Part shown: in pieces, positions 62,975 through 64,000 of the stretch
Layout of the letters: each line of letters opens with the position of its first letter
Numbering within the stretch: position 1 is the first letter of the stretch
The notes under the pieces: generated by a model
Seen by the model: the letters and a program-made list of their open reading frames with translations, nothing else
What the model was told of the DNA's origin: nothing
Database searches by the model: none
Source of the DNA: an uncultured Bacteroidota bacterium
GTDB lineage: Bacteria > Bacteroidota > Bacteroidia > Chitinophagales > Chitinophagaceae
NCBI GenBank assembly: GCA_903926605.1
Contig: CAIYJV010000031.1
Coordinates: 8,178-72,177, forward strand
Length of the DNA: 64,000 nucleotides
Reading direction: 5' to 3'
Made by a program: the position numbers and the translations under genes

Positions 62975-64000
62975 TCATTTCTGCGATTCCGATGCTGATT
63001 TTGGTCCGGTCTGTTTTTTCTCTGCGTTCCAAATCAAAGATTCCAGTTGCTTGCTGGTTATCATGGATGCCCGGTACTGGTAGCTGGGATTCCAGGTCTT
63101 GTCCACGGCATTATAAGTTTCCGAGAACGCACGCCACCAGATATTCTTTTTTGCATCTGCGATAAAGAGTGATGTGTACAAATAATTCACACACGCAAAA
63201 ACAGAATGGTCGGGCAGTTCGTATACCGATCCTCCACCATTTTTGGGGCGTTTTATTTTACCGGGTGTGGTCTCGGCTTTTGGGCATCTGTATTCCCAGG
63301 TCTTTTGAAGTTCGCCACCGCTTTGTGCAGACTCTCGTAGTTTTAGGATGGACGGTGGAGCCGGGAAGTTGCAGTCGTTGTTGTCACAAAGATATAAGTC
63401 GCCATTTGCGGATTGCCTGCAACAATGCTGGTTGCAGAACAGGTAGCCTTTTTCCACAGTTTCGCCGACGCGGTATTTTTTGCCGTATTCGGCGACAACG
63501 GCTCCATCTGCATAATTAATTTTTACGACCCTGCTTATGTTTCGGAATCCGCAGTAGATCATCTTGTTTTTTTCATCGAAATAAAAGCTGTTGCCATGCA
63601 CGTTTTCAATATCAAAAAATCCATCGCTTGTACGGTGCGCTGCCAGGTCGCTTTTCTTGAAGTAATCAGACGACCGCCACGACCAGACTACCTTGCCAGA
63701 TTCATCATATTCTATCAGGGTGGCGAAATCAATTTTTTGATAGTAATTATTGTCCTTGCGTGCCACCCTATAGTTCAGAGTATCGTAGGTCATGCCTGCG
63801 GGTAGTTGCCACAAAGTATGTTCATTACCCAACAGCATATAGTGCCCGTTGTCCAGACGGGTGAACTCGTGATGATAGCCCTGAACATTGTCGGTACCTG
63901 TATGGCCAACATTAGGCGCTTTCCATAATATATCACCGTCGTAGTTCACTTCATAAGCTCCCAGGTTTTCAAACAGCACGGTGAGCGTGCCCTGCGGTGT
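62975..64000 (-). CDS. Arylsulfotransferase-like (ASST family) beta-propeller protein; 5' end off the window
   Basis: The reading frame stays open upstream of the GTG at 63979 to the window edge. HHEFTRLDNGHYMLLGNE and the repeated aromatic/Gly blade pattern resemble ASST proteins. Recalled from memory only. Confidence 0.5.
   Translation of the reverse strand, partial: TPQGTLTVLFENLGAYEVNYDGDILWKAPNVGHTGTDNVQGYHHEFTRLDNGHYMLLGNEHTLWQLPAGMTYDTLNYRVARKDNNYYQKIDFATLIEYDESGKVVWSWRSSDYFKKSDLAAHRTSDGFFDIENVHGNSFYFDEKNKMIYCGFRNISRVVKINYADGAVVAEYGKKYRVGETVEKGYLFCNQHCCRQSANGDLYLCDNNDCNFPAPPSILKLRESAQSGGELQKTWEYRCPKAETTPGKIKRPKNGGGSVYELPDHSVFACVNYLYTSLFIADAKKNIWWRAFSETYNAVDKTWNPSYQYRASMITSKQLESLIWNAEKKQTGPKSASESQK

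Noticed and set aside
1-64000. Scan for tRNA, rRNA, tmRNA, RNase P and SRP RNA signatures (T-arm GGTTCGAATCC-like motifs, GAAAGTCC, and the SRP domain IV motif).
   Set aside because: Nothing convincing was found by eye. The only GGTTCGA-like strings lie inside CDSs with no acceptor-stem pairing, and CTTCCGGAAG at 10898 is too short to be SRP-like. A tRNAscan/Infernal run is needed to be sure.

Overview
This is a 64-kb chromosomal window from a Bacteroidota genome. Gene content suggests Chitinophagaceae or Sphingobacteriia: T9SS C-terminal sorting domains, TAnnTTTG -7 promoter boxes, no obvious Shine-Dalgarno sites, and short CarB and NuoG forms. I call about 56 protein genes. I recognised no rRNA, tRNA, CRISPR array, transposase or integrase. 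Most of the window is core metabolism and envelope biogenesis. Core genes include a PpiD-like chaperone, ScpB, CarB, a GH20 hexosaminidase, trigger factor, a photolyase operon, polyprenyl synthase, Nif3 plus a Zn-ribbon protein, and a complete 14-gene nuoA-N operon (36.7-50.5 kb). There are two glycan modules: AsnB-epimerase-GT4, and gmd-fcl-GT9. There are two T9SS cargo proteins. One is a gene of more than 1033 codons at the left edge that the ORF track misses because it has no stop inside the window. I did not find a convincing novel multi-gene system. Three things stand out. (1) A family of roughly 66-nt double-hairpin intergenic repeats occurs at four loci, and tandem arrays in the same orientation bracket one AT-rich lipoprotein gene. 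(2) The surrounding AT-rich islet (51.6-55.4 kb) holds small secreted or membrane proteins plus a reversed-order HicB-HicA pair. (3) Several proteins carry His/Arg/Tyr-rich terminal tails: trigger factor, NuoD and three small membrane proteins or lipoproteins. All function calls come from motif recognition by eye. No database search was run.
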